Positions 39,953 to 52,600 of a stretch of DNA of 64,000 nt are shown here, in pieces; positions within the stretch are counted from its first letter, which is position 1, and every line of letters starts with the position of its first letter. The stretch is from Auanema rhodensis (Eukaryota > Animalia > Nematoda). The notes under the pieces were generated by a model. It was not told where the DNA came from. It searched no databases and was given only the letters and a program-made list of their open reading frames with translations. Position numbers and translations under genes: made by a program. Where the stretch lies: positions 17,112,001 to 17,176,000 of the forward strand of contig OZ059895.1 in the NCBI GenBank assembly GCA_964057225.1. The letters are read 5' to 3'.

Positions 39953-41432
39953 GTACCAGGACACCCGAGGACCAGGACACCCGAGGACCAGGACCAGGAC
40001 ACCCGAGGACCAAGAGCAGGAGGACCAGGACCCCCGAGGACCAAGAGCAGGAGGACCAGGACCCCCGAGGAGCAGGAGGACCAGGACCCCCGAGGACCAG
40101 GAGGACCAGGACCCCCGAGGACCAGGAGGACCAGGACCCCCGAGGACCAGGACCCCCGAGGACCAGGAGCAGGAGGACCAGGTCCAGGACCCCCGAGGAC
40201 CAGGACCCCCGAGGACCAGGAGCAGGAGGACCAGGAGCAGGAGGACCAGGACTAGGACCCCCGAGGACCAGGACCAGGACCTCCGAGGACCAGGACCAGA
40301 ACCCCCGAGGACCAGGACCTCCGAGGACCAGGACCAGAACCCCCGAGGACCAGGAGCAGGAGGACCAGGACCAGGACCCCCGAGGACCAGGAGCAGGAGG
40401 ACCAGGACCAGGACCTCCGAGGACCAGAACCCCCGAGGACCAGGAGGAGCGAGGACCAGGAGCAGGAGGTGACGACGGACCTGAGTACTTTTCAAAGTTC
40501 AAATAAATTTTTTGATGAGGAGAACCTCTGGGGGGGGACCAGTACCCCCGAGGACCATGACCAGTACCCCCGAGGACCATGACCAGTACCCCCGAGGACT
40601 AGTACCCCCGAGGACCAGGACCAGTACCCCCGAGGACCAGGACCAGTACCCCCGAGGACTAGTACCCCCGAGGACCAGGACCAGAACCCCCGAGGACCAG
40701 GACCAGAACCCCCGAGGACCAGTACCCCCGAGGACCAGGACCAGAACCCCGAGGACCAGTACCCCCGAGGACCAGGAGCAGGAGGACCAGGACCAGAACC
40801 CCCGAGGACCAGAACCCCGAGGACCAGTACCCCCGAGGACCAGGAGCAGGAGGACCAGGACCAGAACCCCCGAGGACCAGTACCCCCGAGGACCAGGAGC
40901 AGGAGGACCAGGAGCAGGAGGACCAGGACCAGAACCCCCGAGGACTAGTACCCCCGAGGACCAGGACCAGTACCCCCGAGGACTAGTACCCCCGAGGACC
41001 AGGACCAGAACCCCGAGGACCAGTACCCCCGAGGACCAGGACCAGAACCCCGAGGACCAGTACCCCCGAGGACCAGGAGCAGGAGGACCAGGACCAGAAC
41101 CCGCGAGGACCAGTACCCCCGAGGACCAGGAGCAGGAGGACCAGGACCAGTACCCCCGAGGACCAGGACCAGTACCCCCGAGGACCAGGACCAGAACCCC
41201 CGAGGACCAGTACACCCGAGGACCAGTACCCCCGAGGACCAGGACCAGAACCCCCGAGGACCAGTACACCCGAGGACCAGTACCCCCGAGGACCAGGACC
41301 AGGAGCAGGAGGTGACGGCGGACCTGAGTACTTTTCAATGTTCAAATAAATTTTTTGATGAGGAGAACCTCTGAGAACCAGGGGGACCTCCCATGACACC
41401 TGGAGCAGCTGGAGGTGGCGGAACCGAGGACC
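39953..41432. repeat. GC-rich compound minisatellite (16-nt core GGACCAG(G/T/A)ACCCCCGA plus GGACCA/GGAGCA modules) in two sub-arrays separated by a duplicated AT-rich spacer
   Basis: Sub-arrays at ~39953-40480 and ~40530-41323. The spacer CTGAGTACTTTTCAA(A/T)GTTCAAATAAATTTTTTGATGAGGAGAACCTCTG occurs at ~40480 and ~41324. Confidence 0.93.
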
Positions 41433-41794
41433 TTATTTGTTATTTGTGAACTGGCTAGTTGAGGTGAAACGGGATAAAAATAAAAAAAATTAGGAAATTC
41501 TTGATGAACCTACTCATACTTGCTGAGAAGACTTTGTTTTATTTTTTTTAAATTGAAAGTAACTGAAAAAAGAATAAAATTATTAAAAATAATGTTCAAA
41601 ATGAAGAAATGCAACCACACACGTGGATAAGAGTTCGAAAAATAGCAAACACGAGGTGTGTGACGTGAGTAGAAAGTACACGTGAATTATGCTAATCAGT
41701 CAACATACAGTTCACGCGTCAAGTTTGCACACGTGTTTCAAAGAATAAGAAAATCAGACTTAAAGCTTTATCGGGGTTGAAAGCAAAAGAATTC

Positions 41795-41866
41795 TGGAGA
41801 TATGGGGAATTGAACCCCAGCCCTCTCCCATGCTAAGGGAGCGCTCTACCACTGAGCTATATCCCC
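41795..41866 (-). tRNA. tRNA-Ala (AGC)
   Basis: Identical reverse complement of 38090-38161. Confidence 0.97.
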
Positions 41867-42004
41867 ACATTTCAATTAATTTCTCTTTTCCCGGAGAAAA
41901 CTGATTTCTTCAAATTTCTTATTACCATTTCCTATCTTGTAAGGTCCGTTTGTTTTTGAAACACTTAATAACCCAGAAAAGTTTTTATTCGATTAAAGGA
42001 AGTT

Positions 42005-42132
42005 GCTGCCTCAGCTATGATAAGCTGACAGGAGTTGCGGTCCCGCAGTATCGCTAGCTCTAACTCACATGGAATCATCTCTGTTCCTCATCACTGACAG
42101 CTTTGCAAATCAGAATTATCCTGACTGAAGAC
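42005..42132 (-). ncRNA. Box C/D snoRNA, U8/CeR-2-like, copy 2
   Basis: 128-nt copy; the one difference seen is C box GTGATGA instead of ATGATGA, which still fits RTGATGA. Confidence 0.75.
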
Positions 42133-42170
42133 ATTGATTTGACACCTTTTCAGTTTAGATATTTTATTTG

Positions 42171-42195
42171 AAACGTACCTTGTATGGGTTTAACT
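42171..42195 (-). promoter_or_regulatory. PSE-like upstream motif of C/D RNA copy 2
   Basis: AGTTAAACCCATACAAGGTACGTTT (minus strand), 38 nt upstream of the RNA 5' end. Confidence 0.65.
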
Positions 42196-42237
42196 AAAAA
42201 AATGAAAAACATCAAATCGTCAAAAGTTAAAAAGTTC

Positions 42238-42309
42238 TGGAGATATGGGGAATTGAACCCCAGCCCTCTCCCATGCTAAGGGAGCGCTCTACCACTGAGC
42301 TATATCCCC
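42238..42309 (-). tRNA. tRNA-Ala (AGC)
   Basis: Identical third copy with diverged flanks. Confidence 0.97.
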
Positions 42310-42456
42310 ACATTATTCCAGATTTTCCAGTTTATCTTTCCCCGGAGAAAACTGATTTCTTCAAATTTCTTATTATCATCCGAATATCTCGAATGGTCCG
42401 CTTGTTATGGAAACACTTAATAACCCAGAAAAGTTCTTATTCGATTAAAGGAAGTT

Positions 42457-42584
42457 GCTGCCTCAGCTATGATAAGCTGACAGGAGTTGCGGTCCCGCAG
42501 TATCGCTAGCTCTAACTCACATGGAATCATCTCTGTTCCTCATCATTGACAGCTTTGCAAATCAGAATTATCCTGACTGAAGAC
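42457..42584 (-). ncRNA. Box C/D snoRNA, U8/CeR-2-like, copy 3
   Basis: Identical to copy 1; PSE-like motif at 42623-42647. Confidence 0.75.
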
Positions 42585-44429
42585 AAATCCAAAACTTTTA
42601 TTTCTTGTTCATATTGGAAGAAAAACGTATTTTGTATGAGTTTCACTCATTTTGAACGAAAAAAAAACAGAAAATCGAAGATTACTTGTTTTCAATGATC
42701 TACAAAGTATTCTTTAAAAATTTTTATTTTTTTTGCTCTACTAACAGTTCTTTATTGATTATTTTAAGATTTTTAAAAATAGGTCTATGGTTTTACAAAA
42801 AGTTCACATCTTTGAAAATATTTTAACTAAAATTGTAATTCTAAACTTCACTATTTATCACATTTAGCATTTTTCTGGTCTTACAATGCTTGATCTATTA
42901 ATGAAAAATTATGCTTATTCGGAAGTTAATGACGAGAATGTGAGCCGGACCTCAGCGGTTGGCTAACTCCAAGCGAAGAATAATGAGATGCTTTCGTTAG
43001 AAGTTGTTCTCGAATTCAAGAAGAGATGCACCAAGCCTCTTAGCCGTGAAAATGCCATCTCATGTCGTTTTCATCTGATTCTCCATTGCATATTCTCTTG
43101 TTTTCTATCATTGATCGTTTGAAGAATTTTTCTAGTTAATAGCAATTTAGAGTAGATAGATTTCATTTTCGGACGTATTTAAGAGTTATATGAACATCAA
43201 TTTTTATATTTTTCTTCTGTTTTATACTAATTAATCATTTTTTAATGTAAAAATTTAATAAAATATACGTAATTTTACGTATTCTTTTAGACTTTGAGGT
43301 ACGAACACTGCTCTTTTGGATATTTTGCTGATTATATTTTATGAAGCTTAACCAATGACTGATACATGTTTAACGAATGAACAAAGGCATTAATACATGT
43401 ATATCTACATATACATGTGAACTTAACAAGTTGAATAAGCAGTAGCAACATCACTAGTCGTTTGCTTATTCATGCTACATCAAGATGTATCTAATTGTAA
43501 TCTCAATAGCAACCAATGCTGTTCAAAATGTCTGAAATGCAAGCATTCGTTCAGGTTGACAGGTTTAAGCTTTTCCTTCTGCCTAATTGGGCAGATACCT
43601 ATAACCTATATTAATATATATTTAACTATATATGTATATTTTATATAAGAATTAATATTGATTTTTTGACTTTTTTTAACACAAAAAAACGAAAAAAAAA
43701 AAAGCTCACGTGATTATAGAAACCTGACTCACACATTAAATTTAATTGAAAAATCATGTATGATCGATCATCCTTTTTCTTTTTTTTTTTGCCAAATTTC
43801 GCTCATATCTTTTCATTCTCATTATTTCCTTTTTATTTTCATTTCCGTTTTCTTCCTCTCCTCCCTTCCCCTCTCTTTCACTTTCTCCCTCTCTATTTTT
43901 TATTCTTTCAGTCTTCCCTCTCTTTCTATCTCTTTCTCTCTTAAAGATTTTCATCACATTTCTATAATTTTATTGAAATTTATAGTTTTAAACAAGATTT
44001 TTTCGATTTTCTTTGTAAAAAAAAAATTAAAATTTCACTTTGCATCTCGTACATGCTCATATATGCTCCGCTTCATGCTTCATCTTTCTATGAATTTTTT
44101 TTTTCACTATGCTAATCTATCATAACTAAACTTAATGCTGTGTTGAAAGTGTCACGAGACATTCTCTGCCATCAGAGTATTTTCCATGTCAATGAGGGGG
44201 ATACTGAGCAGCAGCAGAAGAAGATCTACTAAGTATACCCTTATGAACAAAAAATAGTTTTTTTTATCTTATTGGCTTATTAAAAGAATGTTTTTAGGCA
44301 TTTTTCTTCATTAATTTTCTTATAGAATCTTGCTTAATGCCTATTTCTCTTTCTCTATCCTATCCTTCTCTGTATCTCTCTATCTCTTTCATTAATTCTC
44401 TCTCTATATCTATTTTTTCTCTTTCTCTC

Positions 44430-44466
<37 letters not shown>

Positions 44467-45717
44467 CTCTCCTTCTTTTCCTGCCTTCTATTTGTTTCCT
44501 CGTTTTGGCTCAAGTATTGATTTAAAGACATTCTTCATTATCTTCTACTTTCATTCGAATATCATTTAGTTCACTTCATCATCATCATCATCGTCATCAT
44601 GATCAGCTAGCAGTTTTTCAGTCGTTTTCTCAACAAAAATCTTTCTATATACTTATATATTCTATTTTATTATTTAGATTCACTGAAGCATATTAATATT
44701 GAGCAAGAAATCGTTGTTCTTTCATAAAACTTGGCCAAAATTAGAGCTCATTTGGATCCAAATCATGGGCTCTGTTAACTCATCCTCATGCAAACTTTCT
44801 GCTATCAGAGAATTTCAATTAATGAGAGCAAAAAGGGAGAGAGGGAAAGAGTGAGAGGTAGAGTGATAGAGATGAAGAGGCGAAAGGGTGTGAAACAATG
44901 AAGAGAGAAACAGAGAGAGGAGGGGATGGGGTGAAAGAGAGATAATTTCTACATCCATATTTCAAGCTCATTTTCCTCTTATTTCCAGCTTAAAGCCTTT
45001 CTGCACTTTTCCTCTTCTCAACGTTCTCTTTATCCATTTTTCTTCGAAGAAAACGATTAAAATTTTTTCTAACATCTTGATGCCACATCCATCCTGTCTT
45101 CCAGGCCCTGTGTTCCCCAAGTCCAGTCTCGCTCGCCATTCTATCTGAGAGCAAGCACAATGTACCAAAACCCACGACAATTCTCACCAACCAAATATGA
45201 AACATCGTTTGTATTATTTAAAAATATATAATCATCATATCATACATATAAATTTCATCATATTTAGTACATTCATACATATCTTGCTCTCTTATGGCAT
45301 TATCTCTCATATCTTTTTTCTATTAAAAATAAGCTTATATGACATTGGCTAGCTGAGGTTACCCTGGAAACGTATACGTCGAATAGTTTTTCATTTCAAC
45401 TTTCTGCACATATTTTTATCCTTTTTTTCGGCTCAATAAAATCCGGTTGTAGAGATGAATCTTTGTTATTTTCCAAGCTATAAAGTATATATATATATGT
45501 ATATATAGCATAGTATTTAACGCCTTCATTTTCCAAAAATTCTCTTTTTCTTAAAATATTTTTATTTATAATTTTACTCAAAAATATCTGTTTGTTACTT
45601 TCAACTCATTTATTGGCTTAGTGGCTATTCAGTAATATTATGCCGTACTAGGTTGTTCAATGAACAAGCACAACAATCAATATATCATCTGTGATATAAC
45701 TATACCCTCTCTCCTCC

Positions 45718-45719
<2 letters not shown>

Positions 45720-45762
<43 letters not shown>
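45720..45762. repeat. (CT)n microsatellite
   Basis: Near-perfect CT run. Confidence 0.9.
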
Positions 45763-45763
<1 letters not shown>

Positions 45764-46372
45764 ACTTATAATAAGCCCTTTTTTCGTAAAAAATACAAAT
45801 TAAAAAGTTACTTTCCACTTATCCCACCCATTTAGAAATTAACTTACTGTTCCAAAGCTTTATAATTTTTGATGAAAAAAAAAAAGATTTTAAGATGAAA
45901 AACCAAAAGAAATGCTTGATGAAGAAAAGCTCCTCAAAAAAAAAAATTAAAAGAGAAAGAGGGAGGAGGGAAAGATTTAAGCAGAGATTTAGAGATTGAT
46001 GAGGTAAATGAGAGAAAGAGAGAGAGAGATAATAAAGCTTTTTTTTCAACAAAGAACAAAAAATTAAATGAAAGAATTAAAAAAAAAAACTTTTGAACAT
46101 GATATTCATTAATAATTTTTTTTATAAATAATATAAGATCTATACTATAATAAATAATTAATAAAATATTTTAATATTATGTAATTCAAAAAGAAATTGA
46201 TCTTTTTATATATTATATGTGTCATATTGAATAGATTGTCTCCTAACTAGTTTTTTTATCAAAAAAAAATATATAAATTCCATTCCTTTTTTTTGAACAA
46301 AAAAACAATTTTTAGATTGTTAGTTTATTAAAAATAATTTTAGAGACCTGTCTTCCGTTTCAAAAAATTAGG

Positions 46373-46414
<42 letters not shown>

Positions 46415-46698
46415 CTCCCTCTATCAATCTCTCTCTCGTTTTTCTTCTCTTCCTTAATTTCTGCTCTTTCTCAACCTCTCTCTCTCTCTTTCTCCTTCTC
46501 TTGCCTAATCTTTCTCTCTCTTTCTCAATCTCCCCTTACCTTGTTATATCAATCTCATGCTTCTCTTATATTTCTCAATTCCTTTAAAAAAAATATTATC
46601 TTTCTTATAAGAACACATTTTCTCAAACGAATAATTCTGTTATCTGGTTTTTTTTTGTTAAAAAATGAATAAACTTTGCTCTTTGTCCTTATTTACAG

Positions 46699-49600
46699 CT
46701 AATCCGGCTATTTTTAGGTGATCACCTCATACCAATATCTTGCTTTCATTCAGAAGCAAGAAAATCTACTTCGAAGCACATATCTTATAGCATACCAGCT
46801 TCCAACTTGGCGCGATCAGCCTGTTTTCGGAATAAATCTACTGAAGGTACACCTTCACGAAGCTCAACGACGGCTGGAAGTCAGAGAGTGGCTGCTGGTG
46901 CCGATGTCAGAACGAGGTGCGAAGAGAGTGGACTGTCATCAGAAGCAGAAACTGCAGTAGTCACAGATTTAGCAAAACTAGGCAACAGGAGAGCAATTGA
47001 AGTTATTAGGAAACAGGAGACTGACGATGATGTCACTGAATTGATGAAAGACATCAAAGCAGCTGTATGGTCGTTACCGGATTGCGGCATCATATCAACA
47101 AATTTAGGTGATAATGATAATAATTCGAAGAAAGAAGATGAAGATGTAAGCAAATCACTCGAAAACACAGAGAATCTAACGATTCTGGAGCAAAAAATGA
47201 CGGAACGCTTCAAATCAATCGAAAACATGTGCTATGCACCTGCTAATCAATCCGATGAAGATGTGCAACAATCATCATCCAATACCGAAGATGATGAAGC
47301 TAGTGAAGCTCAGGACACTATTGGACCGTTCCCATGTCCCATCTGGAGTCGAAATGATGCCGTCGTCGTCAACAATCGTCGCTTGTTTTCGTCGATCACT
47401 TTCTCCTCCAGACTCCGCCCCCATCGTCAGATAGCAGCAGCGGGACGTACGAACGGCCTGCCGGCTGACAGCCACAACAGCACTAGTAGTAGCTTGTTTT
47501 GCGGTTCGTCGTTACTTTCGTCTTCTCTTCCAACTTCACTTTTCTCTGCGTTTCCTAGCTTTTCGTTGTCAACCATAGTCACATCGTTGTCGATATCGAC
47601 TGTTTCTGGTACTTCGACATCAGTGTCAACTAGTAACAGTCTTTCGTCATCGTTACCTTCGTCAACGTCATCTATATCCACATCTATATCATCGCCGTTG
47701 ACATCATCCGTGTCCCAGACACCAAAAGCATCTTCATCTGATTCTTCTTCTGTTCATTCCATTAACAATCTCTCATCTTCGCCTTCTGAATCCGAAAAGC
47801 TAATTACCGAAAAAACGAATACAGATGCATCGGATACAGAAGTAAAACCTCTTATCGACAATTCTAGGCACTTAAATCGAGCTGAATCACGGCTCGCTCC
47901 TTCTCTTCCAAAGCTTTCACCTCCCACAACGTCTAACGTTGGAATTTCTCAGAATTCCTCAAATTCTTCTTTAATAACTACGTCTAACGTGTCCAAATCC
48001 TCATTCTTAGGAACCAGAAGCATTGTATCAGAATCCTCCACCATGCTCGAATGTGCAACTAACTATCGCGATCGAAAAAAGTCTTTCGGTGAGTTTGTTT
48101 TTCCATTCAATTTTCCGTTCAAACTGTCTATTATATTCATAAACATGTTGCTGTTAGCTACTTGACGGCCAAAAACTATCTAATCATTGAATATCAGCTG
48201 CATTCTATTCCTTAATATGAAGTTTTCAACTTGAAGCATAGGCTTAAAGTTGTTTTTCCATTCAAAAAACAGGTCAAATTCCTTGAAACTCGTGCGTATG
48301 TGTATAACATTAACTGTTCATCGCTTGTTATTCCTACAACTTCAATCGATTGTTACATACTGTACCTACTTGATGTTTAAGCTTTAATTGATTTTTTATC
48401 TATTTTTGGGGTTCAAATATTAAAATCTGCTTACAACCAACTGTCCAACTCATTTATAATCCTGTTATGTTTCATTCTTCATATTGTACTTCACGTGAAA
48501 CATTACGTGAACCTTTCGAAATATCACGTGCCTTCTCTCTCTTTCTCTCTCTCTCTCTCTCCCCCTCTCTCTCTTTCTCAACCATTGTTGCCAAACTGAG
48601 CACCGTGAATGAAAAAAAAAGGAAAAATAGAAACATAATAGTATGTAAAAGAAAGAAAATGAAGACGAGAGTTCCCTTGTCTCATGTCTGGTAGGTGAGA
48701 AGGATGAAGAGACACAGCGGGTACAAGAGAACTAGAGAGATGGAGCAGGAATAGATGAAGGGTTTCCCTCGTGCTATTGCTGCAGAAAGGCTTGATGGCT
48801 CTTGTTTTGACGGTGGGTTTCTAGACTTCTGAAGCTGAAACACAGTGGGCCTTCATGGGCTTGTTTTCAATATATTTCTGCTCAAAGCCAATCGATTCCC
48901 TCTTTTCCTTTTTGCTTTTCCTTTTGGGTCTTTCTCTCTCTCCCTGTCCCTCTCTTCCTCTCTCCTGTTCGCACTCAATTTTCTCTCTATGTTTTCCCTC
49001 TCCACTTGGTTGGAACTATCTTATGTGTTTATCTGTCTGCCCTTTCCTCACCACAGCAATCTCTAATTCTCTTCAAAGATCCTGATGGTGGGTCTGTTTT
49101 CCATGTTCATCGTCGTCGACGTCGTGGTTGTCGTCGATTTCATCGTCGGTGAAGAGAACGAGGACGATGTCGAATACAACTATAATGAAAATTGAAAAAA
49201 TGAGTGTGAAAACGACAGAAAGATAAGAGAATGAGAAGTAGGTGTGGACGATGTTGTAAAGGATAGACGACAAATGGAATGGCGAAGATGTGGAGACACT
49301 TGGAGAACGGGAAAATCTGTTTTTGCTTCATCCTCATCCCATACGTTGAATGTTGAGTTTTGATCGTCTTCTGCTTACTCATACCCCCTTCGTGAGCAAT
49401 TCGTTTTCATTCTATCCATCAGCCCTCTTCTTCTAGCTTCTCATTTAGAGGATTGTAGAAGAAGAAGGAGGAGGGAGGCTGTTAGGCAGTCGTCGTCATT
49501 GTAGTCATCGTCATGGTTCAACAATAACAAATCGTGTAAGGCTATAATAGAAAAATGCGTTTTTCGGGATGTTTTGGGAGGGTGGGTGGTAGTTTGATGA

Positions 49601-52600
49601 ATGAAGTATCTCAAAGACGTCTTCCTACTTATTCCTTCTCTCTCGATGAATCTCTCTATACCTGGCTTTTCTTTTTTCAACATCATTGTCGTCTTCATAA
49701 CATACTTTCTAACACCATATTTGGCTATTAGATGTCAGAGAGCAGACATTCAGCAAAACGTGTAAACATCGTCTGATCTGAAAGAATGATGATGGTGATG
49801 GTGGGGTCGTAGGGAATAAAATGAGATAGAGAGAGACTAGACTCATGTATGTCTATAGCTGGGGTCTCGGACAGTAAATCTGGTTAAGTATCATGAGTGG
49901 CGCAAAAAGAGACAGAGAGTAGGGATGGAGGGTGATGGAAGAGTCTTGCTTCGCACCCTCACCCCCCAATACCACCACCAACAACATTCTAGGCGGCGTT
50001 TATTGAAGATTCAACACTTGTTTTGCGGTCGGTTTTCTCGACCCAATTCTGCCCACTTATTCAGCCGATTATGCTCCATTCTCTCGCACCTAGCTCTTTC
50101 CTGTTTAGATTATGATGATTAACATCATTTTCATGATGAAAGGCGGATGACACCAACATATCATCCAAGTGATAACAACGGTGTGGTCATTGACATTCAG
50201 TTTGACTGCTGTTACTCATACGTCTTCCGTCATTTACTCTCTCCATCTCTCTCGCATTGGGTCGCTTTCTCATCAGAATGATCGTCGTACGAGTTCTTTT
50301 AAAGATGTTACGAGACTCGCCGAAAACACATGAGCAATATCTAGGTTGCGAAATAGATGGGCTAATACAGCTTGATTCTAGTTTTTATGACCAAGTTTGG
50401 TTGTTGACGTTAGTTCATCGTTCAGCTTTCACTGTTTTTCCTCTTATTAGAAAATCGTACCAGTTGCCTACTGACTTCGTAACCTAGTTGATGTGGAAAA
50501 ACCTCTGCTAAAGAGTAGAAAAAGGCGGGCAAGTTGTGCAGAAGGGAGGTAGACGACGGTGACGACGAGAATAGTAAAAAAACGGGGGTTTGGTTATAGA
50601 GAATAGGTTGAGGATAAGAGAATGAACAACAAGACACATAGGCCCGGAGCAATAAACAATTGATTATATAGTATATTTAGTAGATATTATTCGTTAATCT
50701 TATATGTATGAGTGGCATTTTCGGATAATTATTATCATTTGTTGTGTAGAAAGGAGATGAAAACAGCTGTAACGTTGCAAAACAGTAATGTTTTCTCTGA
50801 AATTTCAAACAGAAAACACCTAGCATCATGATCTGCAAACCAGCCAGCCAACCAGCTGAGTACGTATGTGTGTTTTGGTGAATGAAATCGCAAAAATTCA
50901 ATGTCAAACTTAGATCTCTGCTTCAAACTTTGTGTCGCTAATTAGTTTTTGCTTGCCCTCAAGGCATGATTCTATTTTTATTTTTTGTCCTCTATACCCC
51001 GAATTCTTTGTCGTCGAAAAAAAAAGCAAAATGAAGAGAAAACAAACAGATCGATGATGCAGTCAGCCATCTCAAGCCATATATTAACAATTTTTTGGTT
51101 TTTATTCTCATAAACAATATATTTCATAATACTCCTCCTTAAGTCAACTTTTAATATCTTGTTGGTGTGGTGTTCCTGTTTCGATTTATGTTTGAAGACA
51201 TGAGGGCTAGCTAGTCTTCGCGACACCTTCCTATCCTTTAATCTGTTTCCTGTGAAGATTATCATGTATTCTGAAATCTTAATGTGAAAATGACACCGGA
51301 AGTTCAGAGAGTGACTTATGTCTTCTCTTCTCTCTCTCTCTATCGTTTGCTCTAAGGTAGAAGCACATGAACGGCTTTTTTCATATATGACATTGGGCTT
51401 AATGCCATATACGTTTGATGATCATAATTTTCTAAAAAAAGACAATGACCAGTAAACGCTTGTATCCTGGAATGAAATACAACAACAGAGTATTCGTATT
51501 ATGGCTTGGTTTGACAAAGCTCCTTCTTTTCTCTTTTTTTTGGCCACACAAACACAACATCACTGAGTTTTCCAGACAGTTGAAATGAATAGAAAAGAGT
51601 ACGCAGATTGTGAAGAATGCAGAGTTAGAGCGTGACAGAGAACAGGCTGAGGCAGGAGAGAGAGTGGGTCAGTTAGGACTGAAGAATTGGAGAGGCACAG
51701 AGACTTTGGGCGACTGAGGCCCTGCGGACGAACGGACTGGTAGAGCCAGTTGTTTACTGGGAACGACTATTTCTGTTATTTGGGGTGGCCGGGATGGATG
51801 GATGTGTATGTATGTGTGTGTGTGTGTGTAGTTAAAGAGGGGAAGCGAAAAACGACTACGTTTTGTGTATATAGCTAGGACTTGAAGGGAGAAACAGAGA
51901 GAGGGAGAGGGCGAGGGAGAGAGATTGGTTGCAAGAGAAATTAGAGAGAGAGAGAGATACAAAAATAGACGAAGAGGGAAAGAGGGAGAGTATATTAATA
52001 GAAAAATGCGATAAGAGTCATGGAAACAGTCAAAGCAGAAACACGTGTGGAAGGGGACGAACGGGAATCTGGAGAAGTTATATCGTTCAAGGAAGCACGA
52101 AGCTTTCTAGTTGAAGACACGAACATGATCGAATGAATACATTTCTCATCTCAAAGCATATACTACTAGTAAAGCAATTGAAGTAGAAATTGCAAAAAAA
52201 CGGAAAGATTTAGATCATTAGATTTGGGAAACGTCTATTTGATTCATGAATGATAATCTTAAATTGAAAATTGGCAAATAAAATTGAAACCTAGAGTGTA
52301 AAGATGCTTAAAGGGTGATGAAAACATTGTGCTGTTAAAAAGAATAAACGAAGGGAGTTGAGAGAAGGTATAGAGAGAATGAGAGAGAGATAGTAGAGAG
52401 AGAGGGGGGGAGAGAGATAGTTCTAGTGATGAAATAGTTTTGTCTTGCAAGTTTTTTTTATCAAACAAAGTTGTTGCAGATTGTGTGTCATAGGTCTGTG
52501 AGGGTGTCAACGCTAAAAACAACTCGATCAATCAGTAACAATTTTTGGAACATTCGAGGGAGGCTGGGGGGTGAAGTTACAAGCTGTCAATGCCATAGCT

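Larger units (their letters stand above)
37630..42779. repeat. Large inverted duplication: left arm ~37630-38512, right arm ~41444-42779 (right arm has one extra tandem unit)
   Basis: 38512-37824 is the near-exact reverse complement of 41444-42132 (one visible mismatch: TTCCACCCCGA vs TCGGGGTTGAA, plus the C-box A/G site). 37951-37630 is the reverse complement of 42457-42779. Confidence 0.93.

Noticed and set aside
39816-41399. Long ORFs (138-279 aa) over the GC-rich array as collagen- or silk-like genes
   Set aside because: The 16-nt unit shifts frame each copy, so there is no sustained Gly-X-Y. The ORFs arise because the unit lacks stop codons.
39953-41432. CRISPR-like repeat/spacer array
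   Set aside because: Eukaryotic context, no unique spacers and no cas genes.
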